This document shows positions 22,923 through 32,961 of a stretch of 64,000 nt of DNA, one piece after another. A model generated the notes under the pieces. That model worked only from the letters and a program-made list of their open reading frames with translations, searched no databases and was not told the origin of the DNA. The DNA comes from Promethearchaeota archaeon (GTDB lineage: Archaea > Asgardarchaeota > Lokiarchaeia > Sigyniarchaeales > SOKP01). The position numbers and the translations under genes were made by a program. Position 1 is the first letter of the stretch, and every line of letters begins with the position of its first letter. The stretch lies in assembly GCA_019058295.1 (NCBI GenBank), contig JAHPZI010000014.1, positions 47,935 to 111,934 on the forward strand. The letters run 5' to 3'.

Positions 22923-24403
22923 GTTTTAGGAAATTTTCCATGGTTTTGGAGGAATTCTCTATATGTATTCATTTTATCCAAAACTTCCCCAGCTAATTCG
23001 ATTTTCTCGAATACGGGAACATTTCGATTTAAGAGTTTAAGTTTAAACTTATACCGGCTCTTGTATTCTTCAAAACCCTCATTAATTTTTAACATTACAC
23101 AAAACATTGGTTTAGTACTTACACTTTTAGCTTTAGATATATATCTTATAAATGTTTTATTTAGATCCAATCCTTTAAAGCCCATCTCATCCAACTGAGC
23201 TGAGAAATTTCCAAACCTTTCAGGATCCTTTATGAAAACGATAGCAGAAATATTCGGGTCTCTATCTAATGAGAGTAGGCATCTATAATAAACATCAGGT
23301 CTAATTCCCATACCTCCAAGGTCTATAGGATTAGCAACATTTGTATTAACATCTGGAAGAAATCTCTTCATTTTTTTTATGGTTTTTTCTGTTAATGAAC
23401 CTATTTTTAGATTATAATTCTCGAGAATATCTACTGCTTCTATTGTCGAACCACCACCTATTCCAATTACTCCAACATTACGTGTTTCTGGCAGATGAGT
23501 TAGTTTAAAAGCACTCGCTAAAGCTGCTAAAACTGTCGAATTAGTTACCAAAGAGCATCCTGTTTGTTTAGCAACAGCTTTCCAAATTTCGTTGTTCCCA
23601 GCTAAGCCTCCTGTATGAGATAAAATTGCTTTTTTAGTTGCCTCACCATATCCTGCTCTCCACAATATCACTGGTTTCCTATTTAAATTGCATTTTTTTA
23701 CAATATCTATAAATTTACGACCTTGTTCGATAGAGCGCAAATTTTCAAGATATAAACCAATAATTTTTGTATAATCATCTGATAAAAAATATTCAAGAAA
23801 TTCTGGAGGCCCTAAATCTAAAGTATTTCCGATTGAAATAAATTTTGAGATAAAAACCCCGTAAGAAACCGCAAGCTGAGCTATATTTTGAGAGTTTCCC
23901 CCAGACTGAAAGATTCCACCAAAATTTCCAGCTTTTCGAGATTGATCATAAGCAAAATAAAGATTTGAACTAGGGTTATAAACACCGATACAATTTGGAC
24001 CAATAATCCGGATATTGTATTTTTTTGCAACTTGTAGCGTTTCTTTTTCGAGGGTTTCATTTCCTACCTCACGAAATCCAGAAGCAAAAATTGTAACAAA
24101 TGGAACTTTTTTTTGACCAATTTCTTCCAGTAATTTTGGACAGATTTTTGCCTTTACTGCCAATATCACATAATCTATTGGTTCTGAAATCTCCAAAATT
24201 GAACTATACACTTTATATCCATAGAGTTCCTTACCGCTCATTCGAGGATTAAACAAATACAAGGGACCTCGAAATTTATCCATCAAGCATCTTACAAAAA
24301 ATCCACCACCTGCTGGATCGTAGCTTGCTCCAATAATTCCTATAGCCCGTGGTGAAAAAAGGCGCTCAAAATTTATCCCATTAGAGTCACTTGAATTGGA
24401 CAT
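22919..24403 (-). CDS. Acyl-CoA synthetase (NDP-forming) alpha subunit / CoA-binding protein
   Basis: IIGAS, IIGPNCIG, QSGG, SIGN, SHTGGLAG phospho-His, NPIDL. Confidence 0.9.
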   Translation of the reverse strand: MSNSSDSNGINFERLFSPRAIGIIGASYDPAGGGFFVRCLMDKFRGPLYLFNPRMSGKELYGYKVYSSILEISEPIDYVILAVKAKICPKLLEEIGQKKVPFVTIFASGFREVGNETLEKETLQVAKKYNIRIIGPNCIGVYNPSSNLYFAYDQSRKAGNFGGIFQSGGNSQNIAQLAVSYGVFISKFISIGNTLDLGPPEFLEYFLSDDYTKIIGLYLENLRSIEQGRKFIDIVKKCNLNRKPVILWRAGYGEATKKAILSHTGGLAGNNEIWKAVAKQTGCSLVTNSTVLAALASAFKLTHLPETRNVGVIGIGGGSTIEAVDILENYNLKIGSLTEKTIKKMKRFLPDVNTNVANPIDLGGMGIRPDVYYRCLLSLDRDPNISAIVFIKDPERFGNFSAQLDEMGFKGLDLNKTFIRYISKAKSVSTKPMFCVMLKINEGFEEYKSRYKFKLKLLNRNVPVFEKIELAGEVLDKMNTYREFLQNHGKFPKT

Positions 24404-24526
24404 AATTTAATCTCTTTACTATTAATTTCTTGTATAAAATTGATATTGAAAAATTACTAAAATATTTTATTGTAGAGTTTAGAACACTATAGTTTGTTTA
24501 TTCTAAAATTCAATGATTTAGATATA

Positions 24527-25252
24527 TTACATTTTCTCTAATAATTCTTTTGCTTTTAAAATATCATCCGTTATAAGCCCATCAACACCCATCCTAACAA
24601 ACTTTTTCATCGCAGCTCTACTATTTACAGTCCAAATATTTATTTTTAAATTGTTTTCATGAGCAAAATCTACGAATTTTTGATTTACCAGATTATATAG
24701 AGGATGAACTGCATAGCAACTGTGCCTAATAGCATTATTAATGATCCCTCCGAGGTAGGACCACTCTTTTGAGATCTTAGTTGTAATGGGCTCGAGCGTC
24801 GCTACTTTTAGGTTGGGCTCAATTTTCTTAATTTTTAGAAGTTCTTCATGCAAAAAAGAAGAAATTAAAGTAGATTCTATTAAATTCTCACTCTTCAGAA
24901 GAGATACAAGAGAATCCGCAAGACTTTTTGCTTTGATTTCGATTTGTAATCCTATTTTTCCTTTCGCAAGTTCAATTACTTCTCGTAAGGTAGGAATTTT
25001 TTCACCTTCACCACAATCCAATTTATTTAATTCGTTTAGCGTCATTCGTTTTATTGTTCCTCTATGACCAGTTGTAGCGAAAGTGCTTGAATCGTGCATT
25101 ATAACAATTTCATAATCTTTAGTTCTATGAACATCAAATTCTATGTAATCAGCACCTAATTCGATTGCTTTCTTAAAAGATTTCAACGTATTTTCTGGAG
25201 CAATATTGTTTGCCCCTCGGTGTCCTATAATTATTACTTTTTTATCATTCAA
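24527..25252 (-). CDS. glpQ: Glycerophosphodiester phosphodiesterase
   Basis: GHRGA, PENT, EFDV, MHD, IEIK, WTVN, GLITD. Confidence 0.93.
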   Translation of the reverse strand: MNDKKVIIIGHRGANNIAPENTLKSFKKAIELGADYIEFDVHRTKDYEIVIMHDSSTFATTGHRGTIKRMTLNELNKLDCGEGEKIPTLREVIELAKGKIGLQIEIKAKSLADSLVSLLKSENLIESTLISSFLHEELLKIKKIEPNLKVATLEPITTKISKEWSYLGGIINNAIRHSCYAVHPLYNLVNQKFVDFAHENNLKINIWTVNSRAAMKKFVRMGVDGLITDDILKAKELLEKM

Positions 25253-25583
25253 AATCTTTACCTAAAGGTCAATTTGGTTAAAAATAACGATTCTTTTTTT
25301 AATTAAACGAATATTTGAGTAAAATAGAATTAAATATTAAGTTGTTAACAATATCTTATAAATCTTTATATAGTTTCACTTTAATTTAATAAGATTTTTC
25401 ATTGTTGATTATTAATTATTTGTAACATCAGATTTATATATCCGAATGAGTCATAATATAATAAAATTTGAATAAATTTATATAGGCAATATTATTTTAT
25501 AATAAAGTTAATAAAAAAAATCAATAATAAAAACGAAACACTTAAATTAGATTATTTTTGAAGAAAAGGTGATCTTGAAAAAC

Positions 25584-25835
25584 ATGAGGTTCTGTGAATC
25601 TTGTGGAAATATGTTGATCCCTAAGAAGGGTAAACTTTACTGTAAAGCGTGCGATGAGGAATTTGAGATAGGCGAGTCTCGAGAGGAATATAAGATTATT
25701 AAAACGATTAGGCATGATGATAAAGAGGTTGCTCCAATTATTATTAAAGAGGGTATTAAAGGGGACAGAATTTCTGACCAAGATCGCAAAGCATTCGAAG
25801 AATATTTTAGTGGAGGAGAAGAGTCAGGCTATTAG
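25584..25835 (+). CDS. TFS/RpoM-like protein with the N-terminal Zn ribbon only
   Basis: MRFCESCGNMLIP...YCKAC; AGGTGA SD; no C-terminal ribbon or ADE motif. Confidence 0.75.
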   Translation: MRFCESCGNMLIPKKGKLYCKACDEEFEIGESREEYKIIKTIRHDDKEVAPIIIKEGIKGDRISDQDRKAFEEYFSGGEESGY

Positions 25836-25873
25836 TTTTAGCTTCTTTTGTATTGATAAAGAAGGTTTTATTC

Positions 25874-26308
25874 TCAATCATGTTTTTTAAATATTTGCAC
25901 TAAATTAGACAATTCTTGGTTTAATCCTTCGTCGTCTTTATCTTTTAATGATTGTAAAATTGCCTCTTTATCATTTTGAGAGATATCCTCCAAATTATCG
26001 AGAAATTCTCGTAAAAAAATTATTTTTTTCATAGGATTATTTCGAATTTTTAATATTGTTGCCTCAATAAAATTATTGTTTAGTATTTCTTCTTTTTTTT
26101 CTTTAACTACCTGTACATCTCTAAAATCAACATTTAATCCTTGAAAGAGTTTGCTATTTTTAATGATATTAAAAGAGATTTCTTTAAGTAAATTAGTTCT
26201 TGAATAAATATTCAGATTTGAAACGTAGTTTTCAAATTCTAAATTCTTTCTTTCAATTCCTTTAATCATTGAAAGAACTTTACCTAATTTTCCAATTTCT
26301 TCTTCCAT
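25874..26308 (-). CDS. Hypothetical protein
   Basis: 144 aa ORF. Confidence 0.65.
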   Translation of the reverse strand: MEEEIGKLGKVLSMIKGIERKNLEFENYVSNLNIYSRTNLLKEISFNIIKNSKLFQGLNVDFRDVQVVKEKKEEILNNNFIEATILKIRNNPMKKIIFLREFLDNLEDISQNDKEAILQSLKDKDDEGLNQELSNLVQIFKKHD

Positions 26309-26372
26309 TATATATTAATATAGAAATGTCTAAATTTTTAAATTTATCTGAAAATAATAGTAAATTAGAAAG

Positions 26373-27101
26373 ATGCTAAAAAATGAAAATAATAAATTAA
26401 AAGAGTTGCAAGAATTTCTTGAATATAAATTTAAGAACGAGGATTTATTAAGGAATGCATTAACTACACCTCAATTGGGTAAACAATTAGATCTTCTTGA
26501 TTATAACGCTTTAGAGCTCCTTGGAGATGCTTGCATTAAATTAATTTTTATTTCAAAGAAAATAAAAGAGGGGCTAATAGACCCTGGCGAAATTACAATA
26601 ACTAAGCAGTGTTTAGAAAACGATGAGACTTTAAGCAAAATTTCTAACGACTATTTTAAAATAAAGAACTTCATTTTAAAATCAGAAAAACAAGTAATTG
26701 AAGGGACAAGGATTCTAGCGGATGTCTTTGAAGCAATCTGTGGTGCAATTTTTCTCGATTCAGATTCAAATCTTCAATTAGTTGAAGAGAAAGTAATTAA
26801 TCGGTTTTATAATGATTGGGATGTTATCATAAATGAGACGTCAATTCTGAACAAGAGCAAGTTATTGGAGCATATACAAAAAAGATATAGAATCACTCCA
26901 GTAATAAAAACAGAATTCCTTAACAAAGGTCCCGATCACGCTCCAAAATGGATTGCCAAAAATCCCAAAATCTTAGATCGCAATAATAAAATTTTAATTC
27001 CTTTAAAAAAGAACATAAAGTCAGAAGAATGTAAAAGCAAGAAAGAAGCTGAGCAGGATCTATATTTAAAAATTTTGAATTATTTAAAAAAAAAGAAGTG
27101 A
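26373..27101 (+). CDS. rnc: Ribonuclease III family protein (RNase III plus dsRBD)
   Basis: ALELLGDA signature, LADVFEAICGAIFLDS, KSKLLE...GPDHAP...SKKEAEQ dsRBD. Confidence 0.85.
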   Translation: MLKNENNKLKELQEFLEYKFKNEDLLRNALTTPQLGKQLDLLDYNALELLGDACIKLIFISKKIKEGLIDPGEITITKQCLENDETLSKISNDYFKIKNFILKSEKQVIEGTRILADVFEAICGAIFLDSDSNLQLVEEKVINRFYNDWDVIINETSILNKSKLLEHIQKRYRITPVIKTEFLNKGPDHAPKWIAKNPKILDRNNKILIPLKKNIKSEECKSKKEAEQDLYLKILNYLKKKK

Positions 27102-27150
27102 TATTTTCTATTAGTCTCTATTTTTAAACGATAAGGTATATAGATTATTT

Positions 27151-27504
27151 ATGGATAACGAAGATACTGAAACATTAAAACATTATAGATGCCCGATTTG
27201 TAATAGTACACATAGAATAAAGTTGAATAAAGATCTATTAAAAGGGCGGACGAAGTTTCCATTTCCATATGTTATACTTCACGATTCCATTAACGATAAT
27301 GAGGTTAAAGAACTCTTAACAATTTTATATATTGATAATAATCTACAAATACGTCATGCAGAGGTTCAAGAACTTAAGAACGATAACATCTTTTCTAAAG
27401 ATCAAGTTGTAGCAATGACAAAAACTTTATTTGAGGAGAACGAGAGATTAAGACAAGATGTTATTAGATTAACAGATGAAGTTAATAAACTGAAGCAAAA
27501 ATAG
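27151..27504 (+). CDS. Hypothetical protein with CxxC ribbon and C-terminal coiled coil
   Basis: CPIC...H; ILYIDNNLQIR resembles AYVDRNLKVR in 47370..48218. Confidence 0.7.
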   Translation: MDNEDTETLKHYRCPICNSTHRIKLNKDLLKGRTKFPFPYVILHDSINDNEVKELLTILYIDNNLQIRHAEVQELKNDNIFSKDQVVAMTKTLFEENERLRQDVIRLTDEVNKLKQK

Positions 27505-27524
27505 GCAACTTGAACTCTTTTTTT

Positions 27525-28907
27525 TTAATTTATTTTTGGTCTTGGCATTATTTTAAATGAATACGCAATGGCATGGCTTAAATTTTTTGGAATTAAAATC
27601 TTTAAATTGTTATTCTCTTGTTTCCAAATTAGATTTTCTTCGTGTCCTAACAAGTGAACCGTGGAATCCTTACTAATATTAAGAGATTTTATTGAAATAT
27701 GATTATCTTTTGGTGTATCTAATAAAATAGCGTACAAACAATCTTTTTTTTGGGTATATCTCACATCAATACCACCTGAAGTTTGTCCTTCAGCCTTAGA
27801 CCAAGGGCGAGTTCCATAAATTGCATCTCCGTTCACTTCCAACCATTTACCAAGTCCTAATAAACACTTCTTTTGAAAATCTGGGATTGTGCCATCAGCC
27901 ATAGGACCTACATTTAGCAATAGGTTCCCGTTTTTACTCACTATATCAACAAACATTCGCACTAATTCTTCCGAGTTCATGTAATCCTTTTCAGTTTCAA
28001 ATTTATTGTATCCATAAGAATTACCAACACCCCGAGTGCATTCCCATTTTCTTTTTTGGGTTCTATTAAATACCTCATATTCAGGAGTGGAGAAATCTTT
28101 AAAAGTAATATTTGTATTTTTTTTGCCTTCAATGAATGGTTGCCTCCACCTATCGTTTATTACGCCATCGGGGTGTTTATTAAAGAAATACGCAAACAAT
28201 TCATAAAGGTTAGTATGTGGTGGATATCCGATATCATTCCAAAGGATAATAGGGTCATAATTATCAATCAATTCATACCAATGGTTATCTGCATATTTAG
28301 TGTACTCGGGAGTCTTAACACCATTTTCTAAAAAGCTTTTAGCATCTTTTATTGGATTTGGCTCAAAAGACCAATCAAGAATACCCGAGTAATAAAATCC
28401 CATTCTTAATCCCGCTTCTTTAACGACATTAGTGAGCTCCTTTACAATATTTCTACCGGCACAATAGTTTTCTTTATTTGGATTCTTGTATTTACTTGGC
28501 CATAAAGTAAATCCATCATGATGCTTTGTAACCAATACGACATACTTAGCCCCCACCTTTTTGAATAAATCCACCATTTCTTGTGGATCCCATTTTTGAA
28601 TCTCTTCATTAAAGATTGGAACAAAATTATCATAGGAATAATCTTCTCCATAGGTTTCTTTATGATATTTCTCAGTCGGACTTCCAGGGATTCTTAATGA
28701 GTTTAAATACCACTCCGCATAAGGATTATTCTTAAAATGCCCTTCTAACCCTAATTTTTCCATAGTTTCAGTTATGTCCATACCAGTAACCGCAAATGCA
28801 GGCACAGAATAAAGACCCCAATGGATAAAAATGCCGAGTTTTGTGTCATGAAACCACTGTGGAACCTCATGATTTCTTATAGACTTTTTATCAGGTGTAT
28901 ATTTCAT
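27525..28907 (-). CDS. Alpha-L-fucosidase, GH29
   Basis: FIHWG, YAEWY, TKHHDGF, LWND, VINDRW, VSKNGNLLLNVGP. Confidence 0.94.
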   Translation of the reverse strand: MKYTPDKKSIRNHEVPQWFHDTKLGIFIHWGLYSVPAFAVTGMDITETMEKLGLEGHFKNNPYAEWYLNSLRIPGSPTEKYHKETYGEDYSYDNFVPIFNEEIQKWDPQEMVDLFKKVGAKYVVLVTKHHDGFTLWPSKYKNPNKENYCAGRNIVKELTNVVKEAGLRMGFYYSGILDWSFEPNPIKDAKSFLENGVKTPEYTKYADNHWYELIDNYDPIILWNDIGYPPHTNLYELFAYFFNKHPDGVINDRWRQPFIEGKKNTNITFKDFSTPEYEVFNRTQKRKWECTRGVGNSYGYNKFETEKDYMNSEELVRMFVDIVSKNGNLLLNVGPMADGTIPDFQKKCLLGLGKWLEVNGDAIYGTRPWSKAEGQTSGGIDVRYTQKKDCLYAILLDTPKDNHISIKSLNISKDSTVHLLGHEENLIWKQENNNLKILIPKNLSHAIAYSFKIMPRPKIN

Positions 28908-28944
28908 CTTTCACATTATTCAATTTTATTATTCTTTTTATTTC

Positions 28945-29532
28945 TTAGAAATTTCTTTTTAGAAATGAAATTAGCTTTCTAATTGCCTGACCTCGGTGAG
29001 AGATTTCATTTTTTTCTTGAGGAGAAAGCTCTGAAAATGTCTTATTTGGAATTAAATCTGGGATAAATATTGGGTCAAAACCAAATCCTCCCTTTCCTTT
29101 GATTTTATCTGATACCTTTCCTCTCACTTCGCCTTCAAATATCAGAATTTTATCTAATGGCTTAAAATATAAAGCTATTACAGCAGAAAAATGTGCTCGG
29201 GATCCCTCGAAATCGTCAATTAATCTTAAAATGCCTTCATCTCCTATACTCTTAAACACATAAGAAGAATAAACACCCGGAAATCCTTTTAATGGTTTGT
29301 CTACAAAAAATCCTGAGTCTTCAATGAAGAAAGAACTATTTATTTTGTCTTTAACCGAATTTAATTTAAATAAAGCAACATCGTTTATATTATCTGCTTG
29401 AATTTCAATTGTTTCTAGGTTTAATTGTTGCAATGTAAATTTAACTTTTTGAGTCTGAAATATTTTCGAAACTTCATTGAATTTGCTTTTATTTCCTGTA
29501 ACAAAATATAATCTTAAATTTTCGTTCTGCAT
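28945..29532 (-). CDS. rdgB: Non-canonical purine NTP pyrophosphatase (RdgB/HAM1)
   Basis: VTGNKSK, EDSG, GFPGVYS, GFGFDPIF, EKNEISHR. Confidence 0.95.
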   Translation of the reverse strand: MQNENLRLYFVTGNKSKFNEVSKIFQTQKVKFTLQQLNLETIEIQADNINDVALFKLNSVKDKINSSFFIEDSGFFVDKPLKGFPGVYSSYVFKSIGDEGILRLIDDFEGSRAHFSAVIALYFKPLDKILIFEGEVRGKVSDKIKGKGGFGFDPIFIPDLIPNKTFSELSPQEKNEISHRGQAIRKLISFLKRNF

Positions 29533-29693
29533 AATTCTATATAAAATTAGATAGAAAATAAAAATAGCAACTTAAAGAATTGATTAAATTCCAAAATTTT
29601 ATTTATTTTGCTCTATTATAACTCTAAAGTATTATGGAATTGTTTTTGAATTAAGTTTTTAATTTTAATAATTAGAAACTAAAATCTGAAATT

Positions 29694-30152
29694 ATGGCAA
29701 GACTTCACAGTAGAAAGAAAGGGAAAAGTGGAAGTACTAGACCTCCACGATTGGAGAAACCTGATTGGATTGAGAGATCCGCGGAGGAAGTTGAAAATTT
29801 AGTTGTCAAATTAGCCAAAAAAGGATACTCTAAATCAATAATAGGAGATATATTAAGGGATAGCTATGGAATACCCTTAGTAAAGGTAGTTTCTGGAAAA
29901 AAAATAAGCCAAATTCTCAAAGAAAATGAAATTGAATCTTCTCTTCCCGAAGATCTAACAAATTTAGTAAAAAAGGCTCTAAATATAAGAAAGCATATTG
30001 AATCGAACCATAAGGATCTTGAAGGAAAAAAAGGATTACAACGGACAGAATCTAAAATATATCGCTTAATTAAATATTATAAAAAGACTAGTGTATTACC
30101 GATGGACTTCAAATACGATCCCGAAAAGATTAGAACAATTGTAGCTAAATAA
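29694..30152 (+). CDS. rps15: 30S ribosomal protein S15 (uS15/S13e)
   Basis: MARLHSRKKGKSGSTRP, LRDSYGIP, LPEDL, ESKIYRLIKYYK. Confidence 0.97.
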   Translation: MARLHSRKKGKSGSTRPPRLEKPDWIERSAEEVENLVVKLAKKGYSKSIIGDILRDSYGIPLVKVVSGKKISQILKENEIESSLPEDLTNLVKKALNIRKHIESNHKDLEGKKGLQRTESKIYRLIKYYKKTSVLPMDFKYDPEKIRTIVAK

Positions 30153-30184
30153 TTTATTTTTACACATAAACGAATTTTGATAAA

Positions 30185-30961
30185 ATGAGTCAGAAAGCTA
30201 AAAGGAAAAAAAAAGCTAAGATTAAAAAAGTATCATTTAAAGATAAGGATTGGTATGAAATTATTACCCCTAAAATCTTTAAATTTAAACCTATAGGAGA
30301 AATTCTTGGATTAGATAATACTGTTTTAGGTCGAACAGTAGAAGCCTTATTATTCGATTTTACTGATGATTTCAATGATATTAATTTAAAGTTAAGGTTC
30401 AAGGTTATAAATGTTAATCCTGAGACAAAAAAATGCGAGACTATGTTTCTTGGTCATCAATATACTAATGATTTCGTTCGGAGTCTCGTTGGGAGGGGAG
30501 CTACGAAGATTCAAACAATTCAAAATCTTACAACTAAAGATGGTTTTATATTCCGTGTTACAACTATATGTAATACAATTAAACGAGCGAGAAATTCTCA
30601 ACAAATTATAATTCGAAAAATAATGCGAGACATTTTAAAAGAATTTGCTAAGTCATTAAATCACGAAAAATTTATTATTGGAATGATTTATGGAGAATTT
30701 CAAAATCAAATTGCAAGAGTTGCTAAAAGTATTTATCCATTATCTAGTTCCAAACTCATTAAGAGTATTTTAATCTCTTCTCCTGAGGGGATTAAAGATA
30801 AGGCTGTAAGCCCAGATGAACAATTTGAGATAGTGGAAGTTGATGTAAAAAGGAGTCGTAAATCTGAGATTAAACGAACAGAGCGCATCAATGTAAAGAA
30901 ATTTGTACAAAAAAAAAAAGCGATTAATAATAAAAAAGAAGAATCCACGACCTCTGATTAA
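30185..30961 (+). CDS. rps3ae: 30S ribosomal protein S3Ae (eS1)
   Basis: KDWYEIITP, GRTVE, DFVRSLV, TKDG, KSIYPL; follows rps15. Confidence 0.93.
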   Translation: MSQKAKRKKKAKIKKVSFKDKDWYEIITPKIFKFKPIGEILGLDNTVLGRTVEALLFDFTDDFNDINLKLRFKVINVNPETKKCETMFLGHQYTNDFVRSLVGRGATKIQTIQNLTTKDGFIFRVTTICNTIKRARNSQQIIIRKIMRDILKEFAKSLNHEKFIIGMIYGEFQNQIARVAKSIYPLSSSKLIKSILISSPEGIKDKAVSPDEQFEIVEVDVKRSRKSEIKRTERINVKKFVQKKKAINNKKEESTTSD

Positions 30962-31171
30962 AATATTCATATAGGAATATTAAAGAATAACCTTATTCTT
31001 TCTAAAAAATTTAGATCTTTAAGTTTTTGAATAATTAGAATAATTTCTTTTTGATTTATCTTTATGTCGTTTTGTTATTAAGAGTTAAATTTTAATTTTT
31101 TATGGGTAAATATATATAATAAAGCCTAAATTCTTTTAATTTGATATAAATTAATAATAAAAGGTAAAAAC

Positions 31172-32941
31172 ATGTGTGCCCAAATTAATGAGGAAGGAAA
31201 TAGAAATAATCCATACTCTTTTGACGATTATCTATTTGTCAGAAATCAATTTAATTATTATAAAGATGACGAATTTTTCCAAGCTTTAGTTAAAAAGTAT
31301 ACTGGAGATGAATTCGAAAAAATAAATAAAGAACTTCTTGCTCTTTCTGATTATGTGTCTTTTAGATTTAGGGATTTAGCTGATAAAAGTAATGATCTTG
31401 AAAATCGAATAAAAGTTACCAAAATAAAACACTATGATGCTCATAATCATAGAATTGACAGAATAGAGCGATGTGCTGAAACTGAAATTTTAGAGAGAGA
31501 GATATTCAGTCTTGGATTGTTCGATCCTAATAGGAATAGTCCATGGAGTAGATTTGCGAAATTGTTTTTATTATCTCAAAATAGCGAATTCGGTGTTATC
31601 TGCCCCATAGTATGTACTCATGGAATGGTTTGGCTCCTGCAGCAATATGAAGACATGTTAGATCCCGAAGCATTAAAAATTCTGGAACATGTTCGAAATG
31701 GCACGGGCGAATATAGTAATGGTGAATATGGCAGAGGAGCTCAATTTGTTACTGAAATTCAAGGAGGTAGTGATGTTCCATCAAATCTTGTTGAAGCTGT
31801 TTTTGAGGAGGCTGAAGGTCCTGATGGGATCTCGAATTGCTGGAGACTTTATGGACAGAAATTTTTTTGTTCAGCAGCACATGCTGATTATGCTGTGGTA
31901 ACAGCTAAACCTAAAGGAACCCCTACATCAACTAAAATTGCGGTGTTTGCCGTTCCAGCTTGGTTACCAAAAAATAAGGAGAAAGAAATAAGAAATTCCT
32001 ATACAATAGATAGACTTAAACCAAAACTAGGAACTGCAGAATTACCAACAGCAGAAATAACATATAATGGTGCTGTTGCCTATCCTATAGGGCCTCTTGA
32101 AAAAGGATTAGCTGACATTGTTGGGATTGTTCTTTCATTATCACGATTAGATATTGGATTATCAATGGCAAGTGGAGCATTGAGAGTTGCTCGTGAAGCT
32201 ACATTATATGCTCAATTTAGAACCGCATTTGGAGTTCCCGTATCAAACTTTCCTTTAATGATAAATCAAATTAATGATTTAAATCACACAGCTATGAGAT
32301 CTGCAGCAGGAGCTTTTAAAGTATATTCTGAATTTATTCATTTTGGTGAAGAACTAATTGCGGGATTAAGAGACTTGGAAAAAATTGGAGATATAACTGA
32401 ACGTAAACGACGATTTAGGCTACGTGAACTTGTAATGTTGCAAAAGATTGTCGTATGCGACGAAGCTCCAGCTTTGATAAGAATGGCAATCTCATTTTTT
32501 GGAGGGCATGGAATTATGGAAGATTTCTTGTCATTTCCACGCGTGCATCGTGATTCTATGATTATGGAGCTCTGGGAGGGACCTCGCAACGTTTTACTTA
32601 CTCAGATTCATCGTGATTTTCAAAGAGTCAAAGATTGGTATCCTGCTGATGATTTTGCTCGAGATCTCCTAGCAGGTGCCAAATCTGATGTTGTTGAACC
32701 TTATGCTGCTGAGTTTCTCCGAATAATGTCTCATGAAAGCTTATTAAAAAATGATGCTGAAACCCTTGCTATATGTCGAGATTGGCAAGAATTTTCCAAC
32801 AAGCTTTTACAAGCTTACCAGGATCAAGCACTTGCAGAACTCGATTATCAAGGTACGCCTTTAAAATTTTCTCGTTTGTTGCGTAAATTTAAAAAGGAGG
32901 AAAAGAAAAAAAAGCAGGTTATTACCGAAGCGAATTCCTAA
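31172..32941 (+). CDS. Acyl-CoA dehydrogenase, AidB-like
   Basis: CPIVCT, TEIQGGSD, GQKFFCS, LKPKLGT, FFGGHG, WEGPRN. Confidence 0.9.
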   Translation: MCAQINEEGNRNNPYSFDDYLFVRNQFNYYKDDEFFQALVKKYTGDEFEKINKELLALSDYVSFRFRDLADKSNDLENRIKVTKIKHYDAHNHRIDRIERCAETEILEREIFSLGLFDPNRNSPWSRFAKLFLLSQNSEFGVICPIVCTHGMVWLLQQYEDMLDPEALKILEHVRNGTGEYSNGEYGRGAQFVTEIQGGSDVPSNLVEAVFEEAEGPDGISNCWRLYGQKFFCSAAHADYAVVTAKPKGTPTSTKIAVFAVPAWLPKNKEKEIRNSYTIDRLKPKLGTAELPTAEITYNGAVAYPIGPLEKGLADIVGIVLSLSRLDIGLSMASGALRVAREATLYAQFRTAFGVPVSNFPLMINQINDLNHTAMRSAAGAFKVYSEFIHFGEELIAGLRDLEKIGDITERKRRFRLRELVMLQKIVVCDEAPALIRMAISFFGGHGIMEDFLSFPRVHRDSMIMELWEGPRNVLLTQIHRDFQRVKDWYPADDFARDLLAGAKSDVVEPYAAEFLRIMSHESLLKNDAETLAICRDWQEFSNKLLQAYQDQALAELDYQGTPLKFSRLLRKFKKEEKKKKQVITEANS

Positions 32942-32961
32942 GTAATAAGGGTTTTTTTTCA

